Assembly (NCBI GenBank): GCA_963816395.1
Contig: CAWFKQ010000006.1
Location: forward strand, 68,324 to 132,323
Length of the DNA: 64,000 nucleotides
Direction of reading: 5' to 3'
DNA from: an uncultured delta proteobacterium
Lineage (GTDB): Bacteria; Desulfobacterota; Desulfuromonadia; Desulfuromonadales; JACZKF01
The notes under the pieces were generated by a model. It worked only from the letters and a program-made list of their open reading frames with translations. It ran no database searches and had not been told where the DNA came from. The stretch's first letter is position 1. Every line of letters starts with the position of its first letter. Shown here piece after piece: positions 1-9,453 of this stretch. The position numbers and the translations under genes were made by a program.

Positions 1-1
1 A

Positions 2-340
2 CTGGAGGGGGATCGCGACGGCATCGTCAAGGGCTCGCTGGTCCGGGCGCTGACCGCGGTCGGGATGCGCCTGGCGCCGGCCGGCGAGAGCAACCTGACC
101 GTTCGCGGTGAGGTGACGGCCAGCCCTTACACCACCGGCGAGCCCTGGCAGTGGACGCTGGCCTCGGCCCAGATCGACCTGCTTGACGGCCGCGGCCGGG
201 AACTTCTCGATACCCTGCGCGCCACCATCCGGGAAGGCGCCCGGCAGGCGGATCGCTCGGACACTCTGGCCCGCGAGAAGCTCGGGGAGAAGCTGGCGGT
301 CCTGCTGGTCGGCCGCATCGGCACCCTGGACCACCCGTAG
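2..340 (+). CDS. 3' end of a hypothetical protein (starts upstream of window)
   Basis: Frame open from the window edge to TAG at 338-340. No family recognised in the visible 112 aa. Followed by a perfect 20-nt palindrome GGGCGCAGCATGCTGCGCCC (341-360). Confidence 0.4.
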   Translation: MEGDRDGIVKGSLVRALTAVGMRLAPAGESNLTVRGEVTASPYTTGEPWQWTLASAQIDLLDGRGRELLDTLRATIREGARQADRSDTLAREKLGEKLAVLLVGRIGTLDHP

Positions 341-427
341 GGGCGCAGCATGCTGCGCCCGGCTTTGCCCACGGATGTGGGTGCGGCAAGCGGCGACCAT
401 ACGGGATTTTTCAGGCGCGTCCCGCCA

Positions 428-457
428 TTGACCCGGCGGGCGCTTTTGCGCTATTAT
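428..457 (+). promoter_or_regulatory. sigma70-like promoter candidate (TTGACC, 18 nt, TATTAT)
   Basis: Hexamers read directly. The spacer is 18 nt. Lies between the upstream stop and the terminator at 470-494. Confidence 0.3.
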
Positions 458-469
458 CGTCAGGCAGAC

Positions 470-494
470 GGGGCCTCGCGGCCCCCCTTTTTTT
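470..494 (+). terminator. intrinsic terminator hairpin GGGGCC-tcgc-GGCCCC followed by T7
   Basis: 6-bp GC stem, 4-nt loop and a run of 7 T, located 35 nt upstream of the prfC start. Confidence 0.55.
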
Positions 495-528
495 GTCTCC
501 GCCACCCTCCATTCGAGGTTTTTACCCA

Positions 529-2115
529 GTGAGCAATCAGCACCGCCAGGAAGTCGACCGCCGCCGCACCTTCGGCATCATCAGCCATCCCGATGCCGGC
601 AAAACCACCCTTACCGAGAAGCTGCTGCTGTTCGGCGGCGCCATCCAGATGGCCGGCGCGGTCAAATCGCGCAAGGCGGCGCGGCACGCCACCAGCGACT
701 GGATGGCGATGGAGCGCGAGCGCGGCATCTCGGTGACCACCTCGGTGATGCAGTTCGACTACCGGGATTACGAGGTGAATCTCCTCGATACCCCCGGTCA
801 CCAGGATTTCTCGGAAGACACCTACCGGGTGCTGACCGCCGTCGACAGCGCCCTGATGGTCATCGACAGCGCCAAGGGGGTGGAAACCCAGACCCGCAAG
901 CTGATGGAGGTCTGCCGCATGCGCAACACCCCCATCATCACCTTCATCAACAAGCTCGACCGCGAAGGGAGGGAGCCGCTGGAGCTGCTCTCCGACATCG
1001 AGGATACCCTGCAGATCGAGTGCGCGCCGCTGTCCTGGCCGATCGGCATGGGGAAGCGCTTCAAGGGGACCTACAATCTCTTCCGCAAGGAGCTGTTCCT
1101 GTTCACTCCCGGGCAGGACCGGGTCAGCCAGGACGGCGTGGTCATCAGGGATCTGAACGATCCGCAACTCGATAAACTGCTGGGGAGCCAGGCCGACGAG
1201 CTGCGGATGGATATCGAGCTGCTGGAAGGGGCGGCCAATCCCTTCGAGCTGGAGGAATACCTGAAGGGGAACCAGACGCCGGTCTTCTTCGGCAGCGCCA
1301 TCAACAACTTCGGGGTGCGCGAGCTGCTCGACGCCTTTGTCGAGCTGGCGCCGCCGCCGCGCCCGCGGCAGACCACCAGCCGCGAAGTTTCCCCCTACGA
1401 GGAGGGCTTCTCCGGCTTCGTCTTCAAGATCCAGGCGAACATGGACCCGGCGCACCGCGACCGGATCGCCTTCCTGCGCATCTGCTCCGGCAAGTTCACC
1501 CGCGGCATGAAGGTGAAGCATCACCGCATCGGCAAGGAGGTGGCGCTGGCCAACGCCACCATCTTCATGGCGCAGGACCGCAGCAATGTCGAGGAAGCCT
1601 GGCCCGGCGACATCATCGGCCTGCACAACCACGGCACGATCAAGATCGGCGACACCTTCACCGACCGGGAGCCGCTCAAGTTCACCGGCATCCCCAACTT
1701 CGCCCCCGAGCATTTCCGCCGGGTGCGGCTGAAGAATCCGCTCAAGGTCAAGCAGCTGGAAAAAGGATTGGTGCAGCTGGCGGAGGAGGGGGCGGTGCAG
1801 GTTTTTCGCCCGCTGATGGGGAGCGACTGGATTCTCGGGGCGGTGGGAGTGCTGCAGTTCGACGTGATCATCGCCCGGCTCAAGGACGAGTACGGGGTGG
1901 AAGCGGTTTACGAGGGGATCGAATACGCCACCGCCCGCTGGATCGACTGCACCGACCGCAAGCTGCTGGCCGAATTCGAGAAGAAGAACCAGGGCAATCT
2001 GGCCCACGATGCCGAGGGGAACCTCGCCTATCTCGCTCCGAGCGAATGGCGCCTCGGCCATACCATCGAGCAGTGGCCGGCGGTCATTTTCCACAAGACC
2101 AGGGAACATAACTGA
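529..2115 (+). CDS. prfC: peptide chain release factor 3
   Basis: ORF 493..2115. N-terminus [36 protein letters not shown] matches the RF3 GTPase G1 region. DTPGHQDF and NKLD motifs present. GTG at 529 chosen by alignment to the typical RF3 N-terminus. Confidence 0.93.
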   Translation: MSNQHRQEVDRRRTFGIISHPDAGKTTLTEKLLLFGGAIQMAGAVKSRKAARHATSDWMAMERERGISVTTSVMQFDYRDYEVNLLDTPGHQDFSEDTYRVLTAVDSALMVIDSAKGVETQTRKLMEVCRMRNTPIITFINKLDREGREPLELLSDIEDTLQIECAPLSWPIGMGKRFKGTYNLFRKELFLFTPGQDRVSQDGVVIRDLNDPQLDKLLGSQADELRMDIELLEGAANPFELEEYLKGNQTPVFFGSAINNFGVRELLDAFVELAPPPRPRQTTSREVSPYEEGFSGFVFKIQANMDPAHRDRIAFLRICSGKFTRGMKVKHHRIGKEVALANATIFMAQDRSNVEEAWPGDIIGLHNHGTIKIGDTFTDREPLKFTGIPNFAPEHFRRVRLKNPLKVKQLEKGLVQLAEEGAVQVFRPLMGSDWILGAVGVLQFDVIIARLKDEYGVEAVYEGIEYATARWIDCTDRKLLAEFEKKNQGNLAHDAEGNLAYLAPSEWRLGHTIEQWPAVIFHKTREHN

Positions 2116-2146
2116 AGCGGCAAGCTTCAAGCTTCGACTTCAAGAT
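2113..2146 (+). repeat. degenerate heptamer array starting at the prfC stop codon
   Basis: TGAAGCG GCAAGCT TCAAGCT TCGACT TCAAGAT read in 7-nt register. Confidence 0.7.
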
Positions 2147-2173
2147 AATCCAAATTTCCTTCGTATCTTTTCC

Positions 2174-2197
2174 CCTCCGCTTGCCGCTTGCCGCTAG
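2174..2197 (-). repeat. degenerate heptamer array abutting the kinase stop codon
   Basis: Plus strand reads CCTCCGC TTGCCGC TTGCCGC TAG. Minus strand reads TAG CGGCAAG CGGCAAG CGGAGG. Partly complementary to the array at 2113-2146. Confidence 0.7.
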
Positions 2198-4300
2198 GTT
2201 TCCGCCACCGGCAGCGTGAAATAAAACGTGCTCCCCTTCCCCAGGGTGCTCTCCGCCCAGATCCTGCCGCCGTGCGCCCGGATCACCTCCTGGACCAGGG
2301 CCAGGCCGAGGCCGATGCCGCCGGGAATGCGCCGGGCGCTGTCGTCCACCCGGTAGAAGCGGGTGAAGATCCTGCCCAGGGACTGGGGCGGAATGCCCAT
2401 CCCCTCGTCCTTCACCCAGATCCTGACCGTCTTCCCCTTCCGCTCCGCCCCGACCGTGACCGTCCCCCCTTCCGGCGAGTACTTGATGGCGTTTGACAGC
2501 AGGTTTTTCATGACCTGCTGCAGGCGCTTGGCATCTCCTGCGCACCGCCGGCAGGCCGGGCGGGCAGTCGAGCACCAGGCGATGCTTTTTCGAAGCGACG
2601 GCGAAAAGGTGCACCGCTTCCTGCAGCAGGTCATGAACCGAAAGGGCTTCGAACTGATAATTCTCCAACTGCGCCTGTAGCCGCTGCAGATCGAGGAAGT
2701 TGCTGATCAGTTCGTTCAGCCGCTCGGTTTCGCGGTGCACGGTTTGCAGGTATTCATGCTGCTGCTCCGGCGGCACCGGGTTTTCCAGGAGGAATTCGAC
2801 GAAGCCGAGCATGGCGGTCAGGGGGGTGCGCATCTCGTGGCTCACTGAGGAGATCATCTCGTCCTTCAGGTGCTCCATTCTCTTCTGCTCGGTAATGTCC
2901 TGGGCGATGTGCACGCCGCCCCACAGCTCTCCCGTCTCATCGAGGAGGGGATAGACCGAGAGGTGGTAATAGCGGTCGCTCTTCGGTTCATAGAGTTCCC
3001 CAACCTCCGGCAACCTGGATTTCAGCATCTGCGCAAACGGGCAGACCTCCTCCGACTTCCTCCAGGCCGAAATGAACCCGGCAATGCTTCCCGGTCAGCG
3101 GGCTCTGCGTTATGCTGTTCAGAAAGGAATGATTGGCCCGGTTCATTTTGAGGATCTTGCCCATTCCGGTCGAGAATGGCGACCGCGTCGGTGATCGCCT
3201 CGAAGGTCTGCGCCCATTCCTCTTCGCTGCGGCGCAGGTTCGCCTCCACCCGCCGCCGATCGGCAATCTCCTGCTGCAGATTGCGGTTGAGGTCCTCCAA
3301 CTCGGTCGAATAGACCAGGGCCTTGCCGGTCAGGGGGCGCAGCAGCAGAAAGATGCCGAAGCCGCCAAGGATCGAGAGGAACGCGGCGACCGCCAGCACC
3401 GAGGCGAACAGCCGATTGACATCGGCGTACAGGTCGGCCTGGTCCATGGTCACCAGCAGGCCCCAGCGGGTATGCCCGACCGGCGCATAGGCGACGATGT
3501 CCGGTTCCCCGTTCTGCTGCGCGCGCCCGCGCAGCAGCCCGGCTTTGCCCGCGGCTGCGGCCTGCAGGGCGGTGCCGTAAAGGGCGATCTCCGGGGCGGC
3601 GTTGTAGACCTCCCGTTCCCCGCGGCGGCCGGGAAAGAAAATTTCCGGTCGGCCGTCCCTGACCGTCCCCAGCAGGGAGTCGCCATTGTAGGGCATGTTC
3701 GTCGCTTCCCAGACGATCCGCTGCAGGTGCGCGATGGAGATAAGGATCAGTTCGAGTGCCGAGGAATTCTCCCTGCTCGCTACTGGATGGGGGCTGCGGC
3801 AAGCAGGTACGGCATGCCGGCGACGACCAGCGGGTCGGAAAGGGAGATCTGTCCAGTCGTCCGCGGGAATGGCTTCCTCCGGTACCCGGATCCCCACCTG
3901 CGTCACCCACTGTCCCTGGCGGTCACGGCAGGTGATCCCGGCGATTTCTCCAAAATCGGTGACGACCGGCAACAGGGCGTCCTGGAGGAGAGCCTGCAGC
4001 CTCTGCCGGGACAGTTTCCCCGCGTAATAGCCTGCCAGGGCGTCGCGGATCGGCTGCCTGTTCGCTACCAGCCGGGCGATGTCGAAGACTCGGGCGAGGT
4101 ATTCCTCGACCCCCAGCGTGCGCGCCCGCGCCAGATGGAGGAGGTTCGTTTTCCTCCGATTCCTTCAGCCGGTTGAAAAAAGGGAGAAGGGAAAGAAACG
4201 ATATGAGGATCAGGGCGGCCAGGGTATAGAGGACGGCATAGGCAACAGTTTTCCGCCGAAGGGATTCCAGCGGATTCTTGTTTCCTTTTGATTTCGGCAT
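2194..4300 (-). CDS. sensor histidine kinase (TM, periplasmic sensor, TM/HAMP, PAS, HisKA, HATPase_c); frame broken at least 5 times in this assembly
   Basis: ORF fragments 3923..4300, 3022..3972, 2988..3266, 2084..3028 and 2194..2634 join into one architecture. SHEMRTPLTAM H-box present. N/G boxes present: NLLSNAIKY, DEGMGIP, GGIGLGLALV. Confidence 0.8.
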
Positions 4301-4462
4301 GAAGACCGCCCAAGGGTAAATTTAAGGTCAATGATCAACTCTAGCAAACAGCGCCGGCGCGGCAATTTCCCAAATGGGGGGAATTGCCGCAGTTGCATCG
4401 GGGAGGAGGATAAAGGATAATAATAAATTCTTACCCATTTGTCTTCAGGAGAATGCATATCC

Positions 4463-5874
4463 ATGCCGCAATTCGCGCCAGGCACCCGCTACAGAATGCC
4501 CGTCCGGACGGTTCTGACCTCGGCCGGCCCGCTGCCGGAGGTGACCGTCCAGGGCTGGGCCCGTACCGTCCGGCGAAGCAAGGAAGTCACCTTTGTCGCC
4601 CTTAACGACGGCTCCTGCTTCGCCTCTCTCCAGGTCGTCCTGGAGCCTCGGCTGGCGAATTTCGAAGAGGTCTCGAAAGCCGGCACCGGCGCCTGCCTGG
4701 CGGTGACCGGCGAGCTGGTTCCCTCCCCGGCCGCCGGCCAGCAGTGGGAACTCCGGGCGCGGCAGGCCAGCCTGCTCGGCGACGCCGACCCCGACTATCC
4801 GCTGCAGAAAAAGCGCCATACCCTGGAATACCTGCGCACCATCGCCCACCTGCGCCCCCGCTCCAACACCTTCGGCGCCGTCTTCCGCCTGCGCAGCGCC
4901 CTTTCCTTCGCCGTGCACCGCTTTTTTCAGGAGCGCGGCTTTCTGCACGTCCATACCCCGATCATCACCGCCAACGACTGCGAGGGGGCCGGGGAGATGT
5001 TCCGGGTGACCACCCTGCCGCCCGCCGGCCCGCCGCAGACCGACAGCGGCGCGATCGACTGGGAGCAGGACTTCTTCGGCGAGAAGACCGGCCTGACGGT
5101 CAGCGGCCAGCTGCAGGGGGAGCTGTTCGCCACCGCCTTTTCCGACATCTACACCTTCGGCCCGACCTTCCGCGCCGAGAACTCCAACACCAGCCGGCAC
5201 GCCAGCGAATTCTGGATGATCGAGCCGGAGATGGCCTTCGCCGACCTGGCGGCCGACTGCGCCCTGGCCGAGGAGTTTCTGCGCTATCGTGGTCCTCTAC
5301 GCTCTGGAGCACTGCGGCGAGGATCTGGCCTTCTTCAACGAGCGCATCGAGCCGGGGCTGATCGGCAAGCTGGAGACGCTGGCCCGGGCCGAATTCCGCA
5401 CCATGACCTACACCGAGGCGGTGCAGCGGCTGCAGAAGGCGGGGCGCAGTTTCGAATTTCCCGTGGAATGGGGGCTCGACCTGCAGTCGGAGCACGAGCG
5501 TTATCTGACCGAAGAGGTGGTCGGCGGCCCGGTCTTCGTCATCGATTACCCGGCCGGCATCAAGGCCTTCTACATGCGCCTCAACGAGGACGGGCGGACG
5601 GTGGCGGCGATGGATCTGCTGGTGCCGCGGGTCGGGGAGATCATCGGCGGCAGCCAGCGCGAGGAACGCCACGACGTGCTGGTGCGCAAGATGCGGGAGA
5701 GCGGCATTCCCCCGGAGAGCCTGTGGTGGTACCTGGACATCCGCCGCTGGGGAACCTGCCCGCATGCCGGCTTCGGCCTCGGCTTCGAACGGCTGCTGAT
5801 GTATCTGACCGGCATGGAGAACATCCGCGACGTCATCCCTTTCCCGCGCACGCCGGGGAACGCCAAGATTCTGA
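4463..5874 (+). CDS. asnS: asparagine--tRNA ligase (two apparent frameshifts, near 5287 and 5865)
   Basis: ORFs 4439..5893 and 5289..5951 join. Class II motifs [21 protein letters not shown] and GFGLGFERL present. The canonical C-terminus PGNA-x-F-stop is recovered by a 1-nt shift, giving TGA at 5872-5874. Confidence 0.85.
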
Positions 5875-5994
5875 ACGGCCGGCACTTCAATAGATTTCGC
5901 CGGGTGGAGCGCATGAAGCACAGCAACTCTCCCGAAACGCAGAACGGGTGATGGCATCGCCACCACCCGTCAGTTTTAGCAGGGACTCCAGTTT

Positions 5995-6190
5995 TTATTT
6001 CCCCTCGGTCAGCTCAGCGCAGCTCCAGCCGCCCTGTCCCTTCTCAGGACGTAAATGCCGATGCCCCGCTCCAGCAGGTAATCGAGCGCCCGCACGGCGA
6101 CGGCAGACGACGACTACAGGTTCGGAGCCGGCACGGATCTTCTCCGCCAGTTGCTCTATCCTGGGCCGTTCGGCATCGACCGGGTAGGCA
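5995..6190 (-). pseudogene. possible rhodanese-like domain remnant (C-terminal half only)
   Basis: Minus-strand frames read PVVVVC...RALDYLLERGIGIYVL...GGW, resembling the active-site loop and C-terminal part of single-domain rhodaneses. No start codon or N-terminal half is present. Confidence 0.25.
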
Positions 6191-6216
6191 TAGGTTGGGA
6201 CAGCGCCGCGGATGCT

Positions 6217-7106
6217 TCAGGACGCCCGCAGATGCTCGAGGAAAGCCTGGGCGAGGGGGGTAAGCTGGCGGTTGCGGCGGCGGACCAGGTAGAAGGGGCG
6301 GCGGATTTCCACCCCCTGCACGGGGATGCTGACCAGGGTGCGGCGGCTGAGATCCTCGCGCAGGGCGAGGGTGGAGAGAAAGGCGATGCCCAGGCGTCCC
6401 TTGATGCACTCGCGCACCGCCTCGTTGCTGCCCATCTCCGCCACCACCGAGAGGGCGGACGGATCGAGGCCGGCCTGGCGCAACCCCTGCTCCATCGCCG
6501 TCCGGGTGCCGGAGCCGGGCTCGCGCAGGATGAAGGGCTGGGTCGGCAGTTCTGCCGCGGCGAATGATTTTCTTCTCTGCCCACGGATGGCCGGGCCAGA
6601 GGGCGAGACGGAGTTCGTCGCCGAAGATCGCCTCCGCCTCCAGCACGGCCTCCTTCGGCCTGGCCCCGATCAGGGCCAGTTCCAGCTGGCCGTCAAGGAT
6701 CTCCCGCACGATGCGGCCGGTGCCGGAAATGCGCAGGGCAACCCGGCAATCAGGGTGCCGGGTGTGAAAGGTTTCAAGATACGGCGGCAGGAGATAGGCG
6801 CCGGGGATGGTGCTGGCCCCCAGGACGAGACGGCCGGCGAGATTCCCCCGGAAGTTCGTCATGCGCCTGCACCGCCTCCTGGTGCAGGTGGATGATGCGG
6901 CGGGCATAATCGAACAGGATCAGACCGGCGGGGGTAGGGAGGACTTCCCGGGCATGGCGGTCGAGGAGCTTCTCACCGAAGGTCTCTTCCAGCAGACGGA
7001 CGTGCTCACTGACCGTCGGCTGCGACAGCAGCACCGCTGCCGCCGCCCGTGAAAAGCTTTTCAGCTCCACTACCTTACAGAAAACTTCCAGGCGCCGGAT
7101 ATCCAT
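6217..7106 (-). CDS. LysR-family transcriptional regulator (two apparent frameshifts)
   Basis: Fragments 6774..7106 (HTH: MDIRRLEVFCKVVELKSFSRAAAAVLLSQPTVSEHVRLLE), 6044..6907 and 6217..6495 (substrate-binding domain) join in order. Confidence 0.8.
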
Positions 7107-7148
7107 GGTTAGTCTGAAATCGCAACCGGGGGAGGTGTTTCCCCGGTC

Positions 7149-7418
7149 TCAGAGGGGGATTCTTCTTTTCTTGGCATAGGCGCGGATCACCACTTCCGCC
7201 TGGTTGAGGCGGGAGAGCTTCAGGTTTCTGGCTTTTGCGGCCATGACGTCCTCGGGGGAAATCTGCTGCTGGCGCAGTTCGCGGGCAACCATCCCCAGGT
7301 GGACCAGGACCGTCTTCAGGTCGACGGGGGTATACTGGCGCAGCAACGGGGGGGAGAGACTGAAGAAGCCGTCGGCAATATCCTGGCCCATCTTCTTCGG
7401 GCTGCCGGAGATAGACAT
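7149..7418 (-). CDS. hypothetical protein (89 aa)
   Basis: Internal ATG of ORF 7149..7538, preceded by GCAGGAGGGAAA (strong SD). No family recognised. Confidence 0.5.
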   Translation of the reverse strand: MSISGSPKKMGQDIADGFFSLSPPLLRQYTPVDLKTVLVHLGMVARELRQQQISPEDVMAAKARNLKLSRLNQAEVVIRAYAKKRRIPL

Positions 7419-7473
7419 TTTCCCTCCTGCAAAAAGCCGGACCCGAGATCCGGAGATTAAAGGGGAGCAGCAG

Positions 7474-7650
7474 ATGATCCGATACAAAGCAGTGGAAACC
7501 AGCACGGTAACCGACGAAGCTCTGGAGGCCATCCTCAACGAATGGACGGCTCGGGGCTGGCGTCTCGAATGGATTCAATTCGCCATGCGCGAGGCGAGCA
7601 AACGTCCGGCCATGGCCTTCGTCTTTTTTACCCGGGAGGAAACGGGCTGA
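7474..7650 (+). CDS. DUF4177-like small protein (58 aa)
   Basis: MIRYKAVETSTV...WRLEWIQFAM... matches the DUF4177 pattern. ATG preceded by AAAGGGGAG. Confidence 0.55.
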   Translation: MIRYKAVETSTVTDEALEAILNEWTARGWRLEWIQFAMREASKRPAMAFVFFTREETG

Positions 7651-7779
7651 TTCCATGCCATCCAGCGGGGAAACCGCAGTCTGATCCACGGCTGAGCAAA
7701 AATGTCCAGATGCAAGGCGCCAGAAATCCTGAGGAATAAGGCGTACCTGAAAGGTACGTCGTTGACGAAGGATGAGGGC

Positions 7780-7801
7780 AACGCCGCAGATGGGCGTTTT
7801 T
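7780..7801 (+). terminator. intrinsic terminator AACGCC-loop-GGCGTT followed by a T run
   Basis: 6-bp stem followed by TTTTT. Lies downstream of the DUF4177 gene. Confidence 0.45.
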
Positions 7802-7814
7802 CATCAGCCGTCTC

Positions 7815-7991
7815 TTAATCCTCCCAGTCGGGAATGTCCCTATACGTCACCGTCCGCCGGGGGTCGGAGGAAGGGCTGGCGCCGCAACGGGGGCAGACAG
7901 GTTCTGCGGGTTCCTCTTCCGGAGGTCCCTCAAAAGCGAGTTCGATCGGCTTGCCGGTGCAGGTGCAGTACCATTTTCGGAAAACGTCCAT
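7815..7991 (-). CDS. small zinc-ribbon-like protein (58 aa, below the ORF-track cutoff)
   Basis: Hand translation: MDVFRKWYCTCTGKPIELAFEGPPEEEPAEPVCPRCGASPSSDPRRTVTYRDIPDWED. Has CxC...CPRC cysteines. Preceded by GGGAGGGAGC. Confidence 0.4.
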   Translation of the reverse strand: MDVFRKWYCTCTGKPIELAFEGPPEEEPAEPVCPRCGASPSSDPRRTVTYRDIPDWED

Positions 7992-8056
7992 GCTCCCTCC
8001 CTACTGGCTCCAGCATCTCCCCTTCAGTATGACAAGGGATACGAATCAGGCAAGGG

Positions 8057-8098
8057 GTCCCTCTAGCCGCTTGCCTCTTGCCCCTCGTCCCTCGCCCC
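8057..8098 (-). repeat. six heptamers in perfect register abutting the trpS stop
   Basis: Minus strand after TAA reads GGGGCGA GGGACGA GGGGCAA GAGGCAA GCGGCTA GAGGGAC. Confidence 0.75.
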
Positions 8099-9073
8099 TT
8101 AATACGTCAATCCCGCCTTCTTGCGCACCTTGCGCATCGTCTTGACGGCAGTCTGCCGGGCTTTCTCGGCGCCGCGGGCGAGAACCGCGCGGATGGCGCC
8201 GGGATCGGCGAGCAGTTGCCGGCGATTTTCGGCGTAGGGGGCGAAGAAGTCCCGCACGGTTTCGAACAACTCCTGTTTCACTTCTCCGTAGGCCAGTCCC
8301 CCCGCGAGATAGCGCTGCCGCAGCGCCGCTTCCTGCTCCTTATCGAGAAACAGCCGATAGATCTGGAAGACATTGCACTTGTCGGGATCCTTCGGTTCCT
8401 CGACCGGCGTCGGGTCGGTCACGATCCGCATCACCTGCTTGCGCAGGGCGTTTTCCTCGAGGAAAAGGTCGATGGTGTTGCCGTAGCTCTTGCTCATCTT
8501 CTGGCCGTCCAGGCCGGGAACCGTCGCCACCTCCTCGTCGATTTCCGCCTCGGGGACGATGAACAGGTCGCCAAAATGGTTGTTGACCTTGATGGCGATA
8601 TCGCGCGCCACTTCCAGGTGCTGCTTCTGGTCCTTGCCTACCGGTACCCGCTCACTCTGAAACAGCAGAATGTCGGCGGTCATCAGCACCGGATAGGCGA
8701 ACAGCGCATGGTTGGCGGCAATCCCGCGTGAAACCTTATCCTTGTAGCTGTGGCAGCGCTCCAGCAGCCCCATCGGCGTGAAGGTGGAGAGAAACCAGGT
8801 CAGCTCCTGCACCTCCGGCAAGTCCGACTGCACCCAGAAGGTGCTCTTCTCCGGGTCCATTCCCAGGGCCAGGAAATTCGCCGCCGCCTCAATCGTCCCC
8901 CTCGCCAGCGCCTTGCCATCGGCAACCGAAGTCATGGCGTGGTAATTGGCGATAAAGCAGAACAGGTCCTCCTGGTCCTGATAGCCGATCATCTTCTTCA
9001 TCATGCCAAAATAGTTGCCCAGGTGGAGGGAGCCCGACGGCTGTATGCCGGAAAGAATGCGCATTTTCGTCAC
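8099..9073 (-). CDS. trpS: tryptophan--tRNA ligase
   Basis: Intact ORF. GIQPSGSLHLGNYFG (HIGH region) and KMSKS present. Start is GTG at 9073 or ATG at 9064; the latter has a GAAGGTGA SD. Confidence 0.93.
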   Translation of the reverse strand: MTKMRILSGIQPSGSLHLGNYFGMMKKMIGYQDQEDLFCFIANYHAMTSVADGKALARGTIEAAANFLALGMDPEKSTFWVQSDLPEVQELTWFLSTFTPMGLLERCHSYKDKVSRGIAANHALFAYPVLMTADILLFQSERVPVGKDQKQHLEVARDIAIKVNNHFGDLFIVPEAEIDEEVATVPGLDGQKMSKSYGNTIDLFLEENALRKQVMRIVTDPTPVEEPKDPDKCNVFQIYRLFLDKEQEAALRQRYLAGGLAYGEVKQELFETVRDFFAPYAENRRQLLADPGAIRAVLARGAEKARQTAVKTMRKVRKKAGLTY

Positions 9074-9102
9074 CTTCTATGAAAGAATTGTCGGTTCAAT
9101 GG

Positions 9103-9167
9103 AAAAGCCGCGGTACTTGGACCGCGGCTTTTTGATTGTCCTCCGGGCCGCGGAAATCGGCCGCGGC
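9103..9167 (-). promoter_or_regulatory. attenuator-like pair of mutually exclusive hairpins in the trpS leader
   Basis: On the minus strand, GCCGCGG/CCGCGGC (9167-9147) is followed by GCCGCGGT/ACCGCGGC plus UUUU (9128-9103). Arm 2 is the exact complement of arm 3, so an antiterminator alternative exists. Confidence 0.45.
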
Positions 9168-9397
9168 AGAAGTTCAAGATAGGGAAGGCGCGGACCGGAC
9201 AGAAAGAGCCGGGCGCCACCAACCCTTTTCCCATATTGGAGTGCGGGATCTGTTGACTCATGGCCGGATAAGCTAGCAGTTCCAGGCTCTTTCGTCAAGC
9301 AGGGAAAATGGTCCGGGAGTTGCGGAGAGGGGATTTTCGCGCTGACAGAAATTCAGAGTTGGAAAATGGGACGATTTGCCCCCTCCGGCTCGACCGC

Positions 9398-9413
9398 TGG
9401 CATGCACATTGCT
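9398..9413 (+). promoter_or_regulatory. sigma54 (RpoN) promoter candidate TGGCAT-N5-TTGCT
   Basis: GG and GC elements have canonical spacing. Located about 40 nt upstream of the diguanylate cyclase ATG. Confidence 0.5.
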
Positions 9414-9453
9414 CCTGCTGTTATTCGAACTATTTCCCGGTGCCGAGGGTGCC

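Noticed and set aside
460-2130. 556-aa ORF antisense to prfC
   Set aside because: High-GC shadow ORF. Its composition is low-complexity and Ala/Gly/Arg/Leu-rich, and it exactly mirrors a gene with unambiguous RF3 motifs.
2194-4300. Sensor kinase and other multiply disrupted genes as true pseudogenes
   Set aside because: The same kind of 1-nt breaks hits essential single-copy genes (asnS, polA, lon, recO). Conserved sequence resumes immediately in another frame and no in-frame decay is visible. Assembly error is the simpler explanation, though unproven without reads.
4362-4400. sigma54 promoter or operator in the kinase/asnS divergent region (GGCAATTTCCC-aaat-GGGGGAATTGCC, then GCAGTTGCAT)
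   Set aside because: GG-to-GC spacing does not fit in any register. The dyad is real, but I have no basis for assigning a function to it.
9070-9261. 63-aa ORF on the minus strand in the trpS leader
   Set aside because: It runs through both attenuator hairpins into the trpS start, has Pro/Arg/Gly-rich composition and shows no SD. It is more likely non-coding leader RNA, although its ATG may belong to a short leader peptide (see the trpS finding).
9074-9300. T-box riboswitch upstream of trpS
   Set aside because: A UGG-A is present near the 5' end and GGGTTGGTGGCGCC vaguely recalls the T-box sequence. However, I could not place a Stem I with a specifier loop, or the conserved AGGGUGGUACCGCG overlapping the antiterminator. 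The repeated GCCGCGG segments fit a simple attenuator better. A covariance-model search is needed to be sure.
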